Part shown: piece by piece, positions 13,767 through 27,406 of the stretch
Numbering within the stretch: the stretch's first letter is position 1
Layout: each line of letters starts with the position of its first letter
Assembly: GCA_044892505.1 (NCBI GenBank)
Contig: CM097882.1
Coordinates: 26,102,001-26,166,000, forward strand
Direction: 5' to 3'
Source: Schmidtea nova
Lineage: Eukaryota
Length of the DNA stretch: 64,000 nt
The notes under the pieces: model-generated
Told to the model about the DNA's origin: nothing
Databases searched by the model: none
What the model saw: only the letters and a program-made list of their open reading frames with translations
Translations under genes and position numbers: made by a program

Positions 13767-14897
13767 ATTTAAACTAATCTTTCAAAAATTTTCATTAACC
13801 TTTTCGTTTAATTTAAATATCCTAATTTTCTTCCACATCTAAGTGATTCAATTCATTTTTATCCAAAATTCAGCCTATGATATCTACATTGCGTTCTTTA
13901 GTTTTTTCCTCACCTCAATTAATTTTATTCTCCGAATATATCGATTAAAGATCTCGCTTTTTTATTAGTCACATTTTCAATTTCTTCTATGTTTGTTTCA
14001 CTCGCCTTTTACTTTGTAAGGTGTTTTCAGTTTAGAATTTAATATTTTGTTAAAATAGCATTAAATAAATTTAGAAATGTTAAAAATTAAATTGTTAAAA
14101 TCATACATAAGTTTTTAATATTAAAGTAATTGTAAAATATTAAAATTTTAGATTTTTTTGAAATTTAAATGTAAATTTTAATGGCAATTAATAATAATTT
14201 CTTTTGAAAATTTAATTTAAAAAATGTTTGTTTCAAAGTTGAAAATTCGCTACAAAAGTTTGTTTAGAAATTCAAAAATATCGTGATATTAATTAATTTT
14301 TGCAATAACAAATTTTTTGAAGTATAACACCCTTTGAATCTAATCTAGAAGATGTTCTAGTAACATCTAACATACTTCATTAAGAATCGAAATACAAACG
14401 ATTCTCAATTTTATTGCCAATCAGTTGTTTATACATTGGTCAGTTGCAAGTAACAACACGCCACTTCTTAATTGTCTATTAATGAAGTTTTACAAAACGA
14501 AACCCTCTTTAGGCATGAATCACAAAAAGAGATAACGAAAGTTATATGTTCTCATCTCAATTCTGCTCTACGTATTAACTTTTTTCTAAATATGACAAAT
14601 AAAAATAAATATTGATGGGTACTTGGTGAAATTATATGCCACTATCTTTTAATGTGACTCCAGGCATGTTTTGTAATAATAACAACATTAACAGATTCCC
14701 TCTTACCAATATTATTTGACAATTACAGTTACAAACGATTTGATACAATTACTCAACATTCAACATTCAAATCTTAGTGCTTATTGTATCACACAGTGAT
14801 CAATAACACGCTCAAAGATTACTCGAATTCTTTCTCGGTTTGAATCCTCTTGATATATTTTAATGAGTTTGATTATTTTTTTATTGATTATTCCTCC

Positions 14898-15351
14898 TTG
14901 AATCCAATAGACACTTTAGATTTTCAGTTTTAGTTGTATTTTCAATTTCTTTTTATAATTTTGGCAATTTTTTTGTTGTTTTCAAATTCATGTTTCTATT
15001 TATATAGCTTGTCATTTGCGTTTTTGTTGGATTCAGCTTTTTGATTATTGCCTCCAAGCTCCTCTCGACTCGTACTCATTATCTTAGACAGATGTCGAGA
15101 TAATAAATTTATTTTAAGCGAATTTTGAATCCAATAGACACTTTAGATTTTCAGTTTTAGTTGTATTTTCAATTTCTTTTTATAATTTTGGCAATTTTTT
15201 TGTTGTTTTCAAATTCATGTTTCTATTCATATAGCTTGTCATTTGCGTTTTTGTTGGATTCAGCTTTTTGATTATTGCCTCCAAGCTCCTCTCGACTCGT
15301 ACTCATTATCTTAGACAGATGTCGAGATAATAAATTTATTTTAAGCGAATT
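14898..15351. repeat. 227-bp tandem duplication (2 copies)
   Basis: ttgaatccaatagacac...ttaagcgaattt at 14898 and 15125, near-identical. Confidence 0.93.
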
Positions 15352-15456
15352 TTTTTTCTCTTCTCCTGATATGCCTGTTATCTCGAACAAGCTGTCGAGA
15401 TATTCAAACCATATTTCACTTTTGTTTTTGCTTTCGACATTCCTTGTCCATCATAC

Positions 15457-16221
15457 TGTTGGGGTTAGTATAAAAATCACAAAAGTAACAAGAAATACCA
15501 AAACAAATTAAAATGCAAAAATTAATTAAAATTTATCAAAAATTTAAAATTAATATTCAGGGGGAAATGGGTATGGTTGAATACCAAATCAAAAGACGAA
15601 CCCAAAAATAATAATAGAAATTTAATAAGGGGTCCCCAGAGAAAGTTATTTAATAAAAACAAACTAATTAAAATTAATTAATCGCTCAATGGGAAACTCG
15701 AGACAATGGGAAGCCCGAGGCAATGGGAAACCCGAGCGATGAGGGAAGCCCGAGCGCAAAGAGACCCGAGAGATCAAAGTCGGGGCAATTAGGAAAAATC
15801 CATCCGAGGATAATTAAAATAATTTGTTAGCCAAACAATTAAACCCGATATTGGTTAACTTTTAGGTATCGATAAAACCTAATTGCTATTTGCTAGAACT
15901 ATAAAAGGCAGCGCAAAACAGAGGACGGGGCCGACGAGTTGATAGTTATAAAAGGGAGAATATTAAAAAGATTCAAAAACAAATAAAGAAAGATCCTGAG
16001 GAAATTAAACAGACAAAGTAAGAAAGTATCCTGTTAACTAAAGAGTCAAATCCGAATCCAAAAGAAAGCGTAAATTGATCAAAAGTGTGTATAACAAAGA
16101 TTGTAATTTGTGTTGATCGTGAATAAAAATTTGTTCTGTGTTGGGTTCATTGATTTCGATCATTAAAGAGCACGAGGAGTCAGGTCAGTGAACCGATCTT
16201 AACCAGAATAATAACCCAACA
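15457..16221 (+). mobile_element. Solo LTR (family C/D)
   Basis: TGTTGGG...CCCAACA, 4-bp TSD ATAC/ATAC, internal GGGAA(A/G)CCCGAG repeats, TATAAAAGG, AATAAA. Confidence 0.88.
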
Positions 16222-18657
16222 ATACACTGATTAATTAAGAACAAACTTCTCATATTTCGTTGTTTGATTTTATTGTTCTTTGCCATTTCCTTCATTTTTC
16301 AATTTCTTCTCACTCTACTTCTCAGAATTCTAGAATAGCATATCTTTCTATTTCATATATTTCCCTCTAATCATTTTACTTTACTAATTATTTAGATTTT
16401 GTTATTTAGGTATTTTCATCAATATCGTAACGCTATTGTATTCTAATTTTCAATAATTAATGATTTTAAGTATATTTTATATAACCATTTATGTTTCCCT
16501 AAACATCTAATCCAACATAGATGTTCTAATTAAATAGTTCAAAAACTAGAAAATTAAATTATTATATAACTATTTAATTTATTACTAGTGAATAATTTCG
16601 ATTTAATCTTTAAAATGAAATTGTAAATAAAAGATCAAATGTAATGAAAATAAAAGATTTACATCAATCGAATGGAAATGCTTGAAATAAAATTTCAAAT
16701 TTCAATTTTGAAAATAAAATACTATTGGAATTTCCGAAATCTACCAAATCAGAAAAATCAAAGCCATGTAAAATGGCAAAAACTTCTTCCGATTCGGAAG
16801 ATTTCTTGGAATATCCTAAAAAAATATTTCAGAAATAAAAAAGTTTTTATTTAGTAATAATTATTATAATGATTTTTTAACTTACTTTTAATGTAAATAA
16901 TTCGTAAAACATGATAAAAAATCATAATTTCTTAGAAAGTATTTAAAAATTAAATAAAAATAAAGTTTTAGAACAATGATAACCTTTCATAGCTTCTATA
17001 GTGATCTCATATCATTGTAAGATCAAAATAAAAGCCTTAAAAGATATCTTGATAAATAAACTTACCTTATCGGAAATTTTTAAAAAATGACTAAACAATA
17101 TTAAACAAAATAATTATGAGAAACACATTTTGTATTATAGCATATTAGCATATCTTAGGATATAAATCAAATTTTCGTTTAAATATCTATTATTCCCTCG
17201 ATTATGGCGAGTTTTGAATATGATAGTATAAATACTTTTCCTAAAAATTTACAAAGTTGTACGGGCCTTTTAATCATAATTATGTTTTAAAAAGTTTCGT
17301 AAAACAAGAGATGAAAAAGTAACGTTGACTGAATTTTCTTAACATCGAGACTATTATTTGAACAATATTAAAACATTTTTGTTCACAGGCCGTTTTATTA
17401 TTGGATCTAAAAATCTATAAATTTCCAAATTTAATTGACCAGAAAATGACATCTTTGCAATGCAAAAGTTTGAAATGGATTGATATCAAGTCAGATACCC
17501 AAATAAACGCCTGTTTTCAAAAATGCCATTTGAAAAAGTAATGTTATTTCTATATTTATATTAATTCTGTGTATTAATCAATCAATTTTTTTCAATTACA
17601 CTACGAAAATTAGCCTACACTAAATTGGCCTACGAAATACATTGTTTTCATTACGAAAAAGTATTGAATGAAATCTGGGTATTTTCATTCAACTGATTTT
17701 GAAAAAGACTTCAGTTTAATCGAAGTGCCTCTAGTCTTACAAATGATAACTACCTTCACATATCTTTGGTTTGTATCGTGTGCTAGCTAAAATAATAATA
17801 ATTTTATGCACATTCTTTATCGTTAATTTGAAAACTAAATAATAAAAGCTAAAATAATACTCTATAAATTATATTGTACAGTATATTGTTTATTTTATAG
17901 AATAAAATTTCGATGAACAGTCTTGAAATTTCTATTATCACATTTTTTTAAATTGGGAAATATATATGCTCATTGTACAAAAAATCATTAATAGTTCTAA
18001 ATAAAACTGCAAATTCGACTCTTTGATAGACGGCTGACGTTAACTTTAACTCTAACATTAAACAGATAGAAATAAGCAATGTTTTCGACATATTCTTAGA
18101 TCTCCATCTCTAGAAACTGATTTAAAACCAGTCATTTTAAACCTGTTGAATACCATCTGACTATTACCTCGCTGGGATTAACCATTCCATTTAGACTGAT
18201 CATTGTTTAGCTGAATTCAATAAACATGAAAGCTACAGTTTCATTTTCAACAGGTGGAACCTCAAATACATTTTTAATATAAATATCACTGCAATCAGTC
18301 TATCACAAGAGTTAAAATAACTCTAGAATTGACATCGAATGTACCTGACATGGAAAACAAAGACTATGAATACATATTTATTTTCAGAAGTCTCTGTTTG
18401 TTAAATTTCCAAAATAATCGCTGAAATTCACATTGACCAACAAAATCGAACACAAAGCAAATTTCGATAAATTTCACCATTCGAAAAATTATTTCATTCA
18501 GTCAAATAACCACAATTAATTTTGAAGAATAATCGATTCAATTATTAATAAAAGCCTCAAAACATAAATCACACACACAGACACAACAAAAAAATCAAAT
18601 GTTTCGATACACACACCCAAAGTATGCAAAAAAGAATGCATGCACGTTCAGATAGAG

Positions 18658-19101
18658 CAGCGTTTCCCAACCTTTTTGTCTCGCGGAACCCTTTTTAGAA
18701 TCAATTTCTGTGGCGGAGCCCCTTATTTCTTATAGTCTTATAAGTAAATTTTTTGCGAGTTAGTGGAAAGGGGGGGGAGTAGATAAAATGTCATATCACA
18801 AAACATAAAATAATCTTAAGCGCTTAACGAGACTTCTGTAGTTGTACTTTTTTTGCAAAGTTTACTTATATCAGGTTTAATCGATGATAATTGCAGGCGA
18901 ATTTCTGGTTCTGCATTTAAGCGGTTTCTGTATTTAGTTTTTGTTGCTGATTACGCGGAGAATCCCGCTTCGCATAAATACGTGGTTGAGAAAGGTTGCA
19001 ATAATAATTTTGCTTTCTCGGACAGAATTTTGAATTCATCTTGTAAATTCAGCGGATGCGGAGTGCTAAGGGCTCCGCGGAGCACTGATTGGGAAACGCT
19101 G
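18658..19101 (-). mobile_element. hAT Buster/Charlie internally deleted element
   Basis: TIRs CAGCGTTTCCCAA / TTGGGAAACGCTG, perfect 8-bp TSD AGATAGAG; minus strand retains transposase C-terminus KAKLLLQPFSTTYLCEAGFSA. Confidence 0.92.
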
Positions 19102-19379
19102 AGATAGAGAATTATTTCTCTATCTGAGTTCATATTTCACATAGCACACACGGGATCAGATATAAATATAATTTCAATATATGACGGCAGCCAAAACACT
19201 TATAATCATATTTTATTATTATTTCTTATTTTCGCCTCTTATTATTTCATTTCTATTTCAGAAATTTTCATTTTTTTAGAAAAACTATAGATCATAAACT
19301 ATATATTTTATAAAAAAATGAAAATTACATTTTAGTAAATTGTGTAATTTTTAATATTAATTTCATGTATTTTTTAAAG

Positions 19380-19540
19380 AATTACCCGTGATGCTGATCC
19401 AGAATCTATTCGTTTCTGTGAATTAACTGACATTCTATCGAATACAGATGGGCTGAGGCAGTTTGTTATTAGTGAACATGGAAATCCGATTTGTATCTTG
19501 CAGTTAAGCAAATCTCGCAAATGTTCATTGTCCTGTGTTC
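19380..19540 (+). other. Possible isolated host exon
   Basis: ttttaaag acceptor, open frame ITRDADPESIRFCELTDILS...CVR, GTTAGT donor; GC higher than flanks. No family recognised. Confidence 0.3.
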
Positions 19541-20142
19541 GGTTAGTTTTTGGTTAAATTTGTTTTGAAATAACTTGAAATAATTGAAACAAATAATTAA
19601 AAAGAATTGAATTTGTTTATTGTCAAAGTTTAAATAAGTTCATATATTTTGTGACTTTGAAATTTTAGATGATGGAAAATTCTTTTCGTTCAGCAATGTT
19701 CACAAACAAGTCTTATAAGATAATGGTTTTATTAAAATCTATATTAAATATATGCGGTGTGCTAGATATTTTTTTACAATTGATTGTGAAATTCTTTATT
19801 CTTTAAATTATAAAATTTATTCTAGATATTACTCATTAAAAATTTTATAAAAGAAAAACACTTCTAATTCCAAAACCAAATTTATAAGTTTCCCGGGAAA
19901 TCTTCACATTTTTTTTACAAGAAAAATATGATTCCAAATCTACTATGGAGTCCTCATTTTAGAATTTTAAAGTGAAAATTTATTTATATGCACCGAGACC
20001 TGTGAATAGTGAATCCCTAGGAACAGTGAATAATTTTGACACCGGTCATTTTACACAGAAGCCATCTCATGTCACTGGGTATTATTTCGTTATTGAATGT
20101 GGAAATAAAATAATCTACTATTAAAATTGTGATAGAAACCTA

Positions 20143-21430
20143 CGTGGTGCGCCCAATAAGTCGTGAGACGAATATAGAAATAATAATAGTAAAAAAATTG
20201 ATACAGACATATTTAAACTTCAACATATATAGGTAAAGAAAATATATTTTGTTTTAATAATCCATTATTGTTTAAGTATATTTTTGCGAACATTCGAAAA
20301 ATGCCTCTGGAAACTATTCAATACCGTAGCGTTATTCGCTTTCTCTTTCTGAAAGGAAAAAATAGAGAAGAGGTTCTTTCTGAACTGAAAGCTGTTTACC
20401 AACATGAGTGCCCATCCACAGCAACAGTTTATCGTTGGTTCAATTACTTTAAGAGTGGTAGAACCTCCGTAGTGGACGAAGAAAGATCTGGAAAACCCTC
20501 AGAAATTGATGAAGAAATAACGCCAAAGCTGTAGACAATCGTGCAAAACGAGAGAAAAATAACGACGAGAGAGCTCACAACCCGTCTAAATGTGAGCAAA
20601 GGCACTGTGCATACTCTCCTCACTGAAAGTGGTATTCGAAAAGTATGTTACCATTTTTTGCCACGCTTCTTAACGGTGGAAATGCGACATCGACGCTTGG
20701 AATGCTGCTTGGAGAATATGCAGATCAGGAGCAATGTTGGAGACCGTTTCATTGATAAGATCATTACTGTGGACGAGATACCGTTGTCCCTTTATGTCCC
20801 CGAATCTAAAAGAGAGTCTCAAGAATGGAAACTGCCAGGAGAAAGCAGCTCACTGAAAATGCGGTCCTCAACTTGCCACCGAAAGGCTTTCATGCTGACG
20901 GTGTTTTGGGATGGCAATGGCATTATTCTGACTGACTTTGCTGAATCCGGCGTGAAGATCAATAGTTCTTACTACTCCAACATCGTGCAGCAAGCAAGGA
21001 AGGCACAACGCAAGAGCAGTGTGTGATCTCTATTTTTACAGGATAATGCTCCCATCCACACCAGCAGCGTTTCCATGGCCAAAATTGAGGGTTGCGGGCT
21101 CAATTTGCTTTCTCATCCACCATACAGCCCCGATTTGGCTCACTCTGATTTTTCCAGTTTAACCATCTTAAGAAGCATCTGCGGGGCCAGGTGTTTGCCA
21201 ACAAACATGATTTGAGAGCAGCCGTGGAGAGTTTTCTGGGAGAAAAGCCTCCAAAATTCTTCAAAAACGCCTTCGAAAACCTCGTTATTCGCTGGGAAAA
21301 TGGTGTCAATGCAGAAGGAAATTATTTTGAGAAATGATGCCTATTTACCATGCTTGTTCTAAATACAAAGTTTTGTGTTGATATCTTAAGTCTTTCTATT
21401 TTAGTCTCACGACTTATTGGGCGCACCACG
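20143..21430 (+). mobile_element. Full-length mariner element (1288 bp), defective
   Basis: Perfect 27-bp TIRs CGTGGTGCGCCCAATAAGTCGTGAGAC, TA TSD. Confidence 0.96.
20301..21337 (+). pseudogene. mariner D,D34D transposase pseudogene
   Basis: HTH (TVYRWFNYFKSGRTS..RSGKP), ITVDE, QDNAPIHT, HPPYSPDLAHSDF motifs; stops at 20532 and 21024 plus a frameshift near the 3' end. Confidence 0.93.
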
Positions 21431-21542
21431 TAAATACCAAGAAAAGCAATATTTTATAATAGAACTAATGAACAAAACTCGCAATATTCCATATTGACTT
21501 GAGCTTCATAAATTGAAATATATAATACAAGTGCAAACATTA

Positions 21543-21840
21543 GTTAACTAGTCAGAGTCGGATTAAACATTTAGTGGGACCTGTGCGGCTGTGCCAAAAA
21601 ATCCCCCTTTTCGCAGGCATAATTTTATCTCAAAAATTAAATCTCTGAAAACTATATTTTTAGAGTCTTTCGTATAGGTATTTAGTCAAATTTGAGATCA
21701 ATAGAATAATCTGAATAAATGTATAATGAAAAAAGTAAATGAGAAAAATATTTATTTAGAATGAACGCTTAACTTTTGAGAATTTGAACAAAGCACGTCA
21801 GTTTCTATGATGTTCATATCCGATTCCGACTGATAGTTAA
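21543..21840. mobile_element. Possible small MITE
   Basis: Imperfect inverted ends GTTAACTAGTCAGAGTCGGATTAAACAT / ATGTTCATATCCGATTCCGACTGATAGTTAAC; no clear TSD. Confidence 0.35.
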
Positions 21841-21990
21841 CAGTGTTTGTTGTAAATCCCAATTAATTAAAATAAATAATGCAAGTGCAAACATTAGTTA
21901 ACTCGTGACCGGTCAACAATGTGTTAAATGAAAACCTATATGCATTCTATAACCATTTTAAACGTGGATTAAATTTGCAATTTTAAATTA

Positions 21991-23050
21991 TGTTGAAGAT
22001 ACCTAAATAACAAATTGATGAATAAACAAATAAAATTATGTGGGAAAATATCGTCATGACAAAGGAGACGGTCAATGGGAACCGGAAAAAGAAAACGGAA
22101 ATAAAAAGAAATGAGAAAGATGAACCAGACAAAAGGAATCAAACAAGAAAACAAAAACAAGGGTCATTACTAATTAATTAGTACAAAAGGAAAAGGAATT
22201 TCAAAATCGGGAAAAACAGAAACAACAACAATATACTTATCTCGATAGCTTGTCAGAGATAACGAAAACCAAAAGAAAACAGGCCGGAGTGGCAAAAAGG
22301 AAAAACAGAATATCTTGACAGCTGTCAGAAATAACTCCGTTGCAGAAAAAGTCGGGGAATTATGTGGAGGAAAATGGGAAATGAGAGGTAAACTTAAGTG
22401 CCACAAAGTGACGAGGTATAAAAGGAGGAAGCACAGCAAAAGCAGACAGAATATTGTTAGAGAGAACTTTTTAAAGGAGAACATTATTAAAGGGAAAAGT
22501 TTAGAGAAAACGATTTGGAGACAGAATATTTGCGGGAAAATACTTGTAACAGAGGATTGATGTGAGAGGAAAACAGAAGACAATACGACGATATTTATTT
22601 TGGAGAAATTGAAGAGAATCGTGAATAAATTCGAAGCAGAAAAACTTAAAGAAAAAATTTAAAGAAGAGTTAAAAGGAGAATCAGAAACAAAGAGATAGG
22701 CAGTAGGAGCTTATTAAGTTAATAACCGAGTAAAGTTTGGCGTTAATCCAAGTCAAACCAAGAAAGCAAACAGTTAAATTACCAATTGTTATACTCCTCA
22801 GTGGTGAGTGATTATTCGAATCAAGATTATACGCGAGTGCTATTCTTCACCATCGTGTTGTAATAAGCACAGTATAATCAGCTGTTAGACTGTTGAACTT
22901 GGATATTTCAGTGTAAATTGAAAATATCTGTGATATTCAATAAAGTTTCCAGTGTTAACTGTTATTTGTGGGTCAATTAAAAGCACGCTTTGGAGTCAGA
23001 TATTTGATTGGTAACTTTTATGATTTCACCAACAACCCAATAACCCAACA
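21991..23050 (+). mobile_element. Solo LTR (family A/B)
   Basis: TGTTG...CCCAACA, TSD ATTA/ATTA, TATAAAAGG, AATAAA; homologous to 9787-10642. Confidence 0.9.
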
Positions 23051-25151
23051 ATTATCTTAAAACTTTTGGTTTCACCTTTGATCTCTTTTTTAATTTAAAA
23101 ATTTCCATATTAAGTTTTGTAAGATTATAGATAAAATTTTAGGGTTGGGTACAAGATATTTTGGCACAACCTTTATCAAGTGGGTATTGACAAACTTGAC
23201 AAATGCCGTGCCGAAATATCGTGTAACTTAACAACAAAAGTATTTTTATTTCTAGTCTTACAAAAACTAATACAAATATTATTGAATTATAAATTATTTA
23301 TAAAAAATTGTGAAATATTTTATAATCTTTATTATTAATATATTTTCTATCTTTTCATTTTTTAAATTAATCTGTTTCATATTTTACACGAATTTTTGGC
23401 ACAATGATTTTTAAAGAAATTAAAAAATATAAGTTGAATAATATTGTGTCTGTAGTGTACAGGAATGAATGGCAATTGTTGTTGTTTTTATTATTATTGA
23501 TTGTATTTTGTTACAAACCCCCCCCCCCCTCAATTATTTGTGTGCATTGTGGTTGTAAAGTGTTTAATTGTAATTTTAATTATAAATTTGAATTTGGTTT
23601 GCTATAGCAAATTGCTATAGTAAGCCAAATTACAAATATAAGAAATTGATTTTAAAAGAGTTGATTGTAAGTTATTTGAATAAGAATAATAAAGTTATGA
23701 AATTATAAAAAATGATGCAAAGAATTTATGAACAAAATATGATCTGTGGAATTTTTGTGTAACAACAAAGTAACTTTTAGTGATTTATTCTTTTATTAAT
23801 ACATTCTTTGAAGTTAATGATTTGGTTATTTATTTTTAATTTTTGGTTTATTTAAATTTTAAAACACTACTACACAACAAGCACCCCGAGTGTCTCCACA
23901 CAGTTTTTGGAAGACTCTCTCGGGCTCGACAATATCTTAACATACGCACGAAATTAATAAACCCATTTATTAACGACCATAATATGTCTATTATTATCGA
24001 TGTAGTATTTTGAAAATATTTTATCATTAAAAACTTGATTTACATAAAAATTTGTTTGAAATGCGATATTGACATTTTCATCCTGTTTTTCTATCTTGAT
24101 AATTTATATTTTCACTATTTGATCAAAGTTTTATAATTTTCCTTCCATTTTAGGTTTTAATGTCGCATTGTCACTACAATAAAAATGTCACGGTTTTTTA
24201 TGAAAACCAGTAATCATATCATATTATTAAAAATCACTACTCATCTGCCACACAAGGAAAAATTTTTTATTTTCATCATAATTGTTAAATGGGTATCGCC
24301 TGAACTCATGAAATGCTATTTCTAACCGAATATTCTTAAAAAATAACTTCAATTTTAGACTAATTGATGCGGTAAAAAAGCTTTCCAATATATTATAACC
24401 TTTTACTGCGAACCGGCAAACATATAGGCCCACAAACATACCTTGTGAAATTGACTAGCTAAAAATCGGCGGATAAGAAACCTAATGGTATATTAATATT
24501 AATAAATAATATTATAGAATCAACGGAGTGTTTGGCAGGAATATTTTGAGTGCAAAGCACTTTCAATAAATAAACTTAATTGATTTAATTAAAATTTCAC
24601 TTATATTCCATATTATTTTTACTACAAACATGATTAATACTCGAAATACTTAGAAAAACTCTAATATTATTTATATAAATATAATTTACATTTTGATTTG
24701 TTTAAATCATTTTATTATCAAATTATCCTTCACCGATTCAGGACCATTTCCTCGTGTAAATCCAAATATAACTTGCACAAAACTAGTCAATTATCCTACA
24801 GAAGGGGACCATTACAAAATGAATTAAGTAATTTTGATTAATAATTGATTTAATAATAATTTCCTTTATGATTAAGAGAAGTCCTATGATTTGTCGAATA
24901 ATGATGTAAAAGGTTAAGTTTTATTTCTGTTTAATTTTAAAATGAAAATTCTTATAATATTTAACTTATCAATTTTATTTTTTCTAATTATTTATTTTTA
25001 AATATAAAATTCATAATACAAAATTCCTCAAAAAAAAGTTCCTTAAATACGTATTCTTAGTTAGGTAAATTTTTAAATTGTAGAAACCTATTAATTAAAT
25101 AAATATTTAATTAATAGATGTTAATTAATTAATCTAGTAAATAAACTGAGA

Positions 25152-25155
<4 letters not shown>

Positions 25156-25225
<70 letters not shown>
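25156..25225. repeat. (TA)n microsatellite
   Basis: Pure TA run. Confidence 0.98.
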
Positions 25226-25226
<1 letters not shown>

Positions 25227-25336
25227 GGCTTTTGGTCAGCGAATATATTTATATGCGATATTTTTAATATTTACAATGAAGAATTTGGTCAGAAATCCAT
25301 CACATGATGAATTATCTTCATTTTGTTCATTTATAT

Positions 25337-25682
25337 CGGTGTTTTTCAACCTGGTTCCATAAGACATTGTTAGAGATTATACGAGAAATAATAATGAATA
25401 ATAAATAAATTAACTTGATTAAAGGAATAAATTAATAAATTCTCTCTGAAATGAATCAATTCGAGTTCACATTAATCCTAGTTTACATGGTATCTTTAAA
25501 TTGCAACACTTGGTGTCTTGACATTAAATGTAGCATAAGTATCGTCTTTTGAACAACTTAGTATCATCATTAAATTCATAAATAATAACGAAGGATGCTA
25601 ACAATGATATGTAATAATTAGTATATTGGAGTTCACACAACATAAATATTATTTCAAGGGTTCCGCAAGGGCAAAAAAGTTA
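25337..25682. mobile_element. Truncated hAT Charlie-like MITE
   Basis: Left end CGGTGTTTTTCAACCTGGTTCC; right subterminal GGGTTCCGCAAGGGCAAAAAAGTT without a complete TIR. Confidence 0.45.
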
Positions 25683-26247
25683 AGTTATATCGTTAACGTT
25701 ACTAAAATTTTCCCCCTTTATAGATGGATTTACAAGTGTATTTTTTTCCAAAATATCTACATGCTTTTACTGAATTTCTGACGAACAATAATTATTAGAG
25801 TTATTTAATGTCCTAGTATTAGATATGCTGATATTAACAACTTTCAACCAATTTTAAGTACATAGAAATTACAATTTAAAAAGGCAGTTTTAAAAATTTG
25901 TGTGGAATTCAAAAAAAAGTTTTGATCTGAAAAAATGAAAATATACATGTGAGAATAATGAAATGGAAATTGATTTGATTTTCAGATTTTAAAAGGATGT
26001 TATAAGCTTTAATGAAATTAAATAATATAATTTTAAATTATAAAACGATTAAATGATTTTATTGTAAAATCCATATTTAAAAATGATTGAAATTTAAAAA
26101 TATTCCATATTCAATTGTTAACTCATGATTGCAAAAAAATGTCTTCAAAAATAATAAGTTTATTATAGGGATTTTAATGAGCGTTTTATGGTGTAATTGT
26201 TAATATTCTAATTCACTGACGATCCAATAAATTGGAAAAAATTCATT

Positions 26248-27124
26248 TGTGAAGATTTTATAATATTAAAATAAAATAAAATGCACAGAAAACTGAGTGC
26301 AAATTGATAAAAATTGCGAATTTCAAAAATTAACAAATAAAGTGCAAAATTAATTAAAAAATTAAAAATCAATATTTTTTAAGGGAAACAGGTATGGGCG
26401 GTTGACAAATGCTGAGATGAATTCAATATCATAATATTAAATCAAAGGGGGTCCCGAGAAATTGATATTAAGAAAATAGAAACTATTTATAAATTTAAAA
26501 AACTAATGGAAAGCCCAAGTAAGTCAACAAAATAATTAAATTATTTTGGATGTATTTGTGAGCTAAAGGAAAACCGAGCAGTGTGGGAACCAAAATTGAA
26601 AATAAAATAAGTAGATTGCTTGAAAATAATTAATTGTTTAGAAACCCCGAGCAAAAGAAAAACCCGGGATATTTGAAAACCAAAATTATGAATTTATTTA
26701 ATGTTGGCCAATGAAAGCTGACTGCCAAAAATTACTTATCTTGAGGAATGATCAGGAAGTTGTATTGATCTAATTCATCAATTCTATTGAAGGGAATTAT
26801 TATTTAAGCGGAGAGCAAACTCTATAAATTGTCAGGTTTAGTCGAAAATAGAAGTTGTTAAGCGATCCATTAAAAGACTCTAAAGAAAATATATATTTAG
26901 TTATTCAGATTGATCAAAGAGTAATTAGAGACTAAAAGAGTGAAGGGGGTGAAGCAAATCAATCAGAATACTAGAAAAGGCAGCCAATTAATTTTTTACT
27001 AATTTCACTATTTTCTCTTGTTAGTGATTGTCGTGAAATTCATTGTATCGAGTATTATTGAAAATTGAAACAAATAGCACGTGAAATAAGAGCTTTCATA
27101 TTGACTTTCATAAATAACCCAACA
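26248..27124 (+). mobile_element. Degenerate solo LTR (family C/D)
   Basis: Ends AATAACCCAACA; shares GCAAAATTAATTAAAA, GGTATGG, GGGGTCCC and GAAA.CCCGAG motifs with 15457-16221; 5' end and TSD (catt/aatt) imperfect. Confidence 0.6.
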
Positions 27125-27406
27125 AATTTAACCAATATTGTGTATATATGTTGTTGATTGATGCTATTTATTGAATTCCTTATTTATATTTTATCGCATT
27201 AAAAGAAATTCTTCGGACAGATTTGTTTAAATAATATTATCGAGAAGAGAATCTTTGAAATAAATAAATTTAAAAAATAAGTGTTGGTTATTTATTAAAT
27301 GAATTCAATGAATTTGCAAATACAAAAACAGACTCGTCATAAAGTATGAAATTGTTAAATGAACTTTAGAACATAAAACTCTAATATTATATTAATTTTA
27401 TAAGTA

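Noticed and set aside
18130-18345. Minus-strand exon-like fragment with a cadherin-like phrase (IYIKNVFEVPP)
   Set aside because: In-frame stops and no canonical cadherin calcium motifs.
21969-22583. ORFs inside the solo LTR
   Set aside because: Compositional by-products; not preserved in the related LTR at 9787.
23143-23230. ~90-bp inverted repeat
   Set aside because: Too short, with no TSD; probably a MITE remnant.
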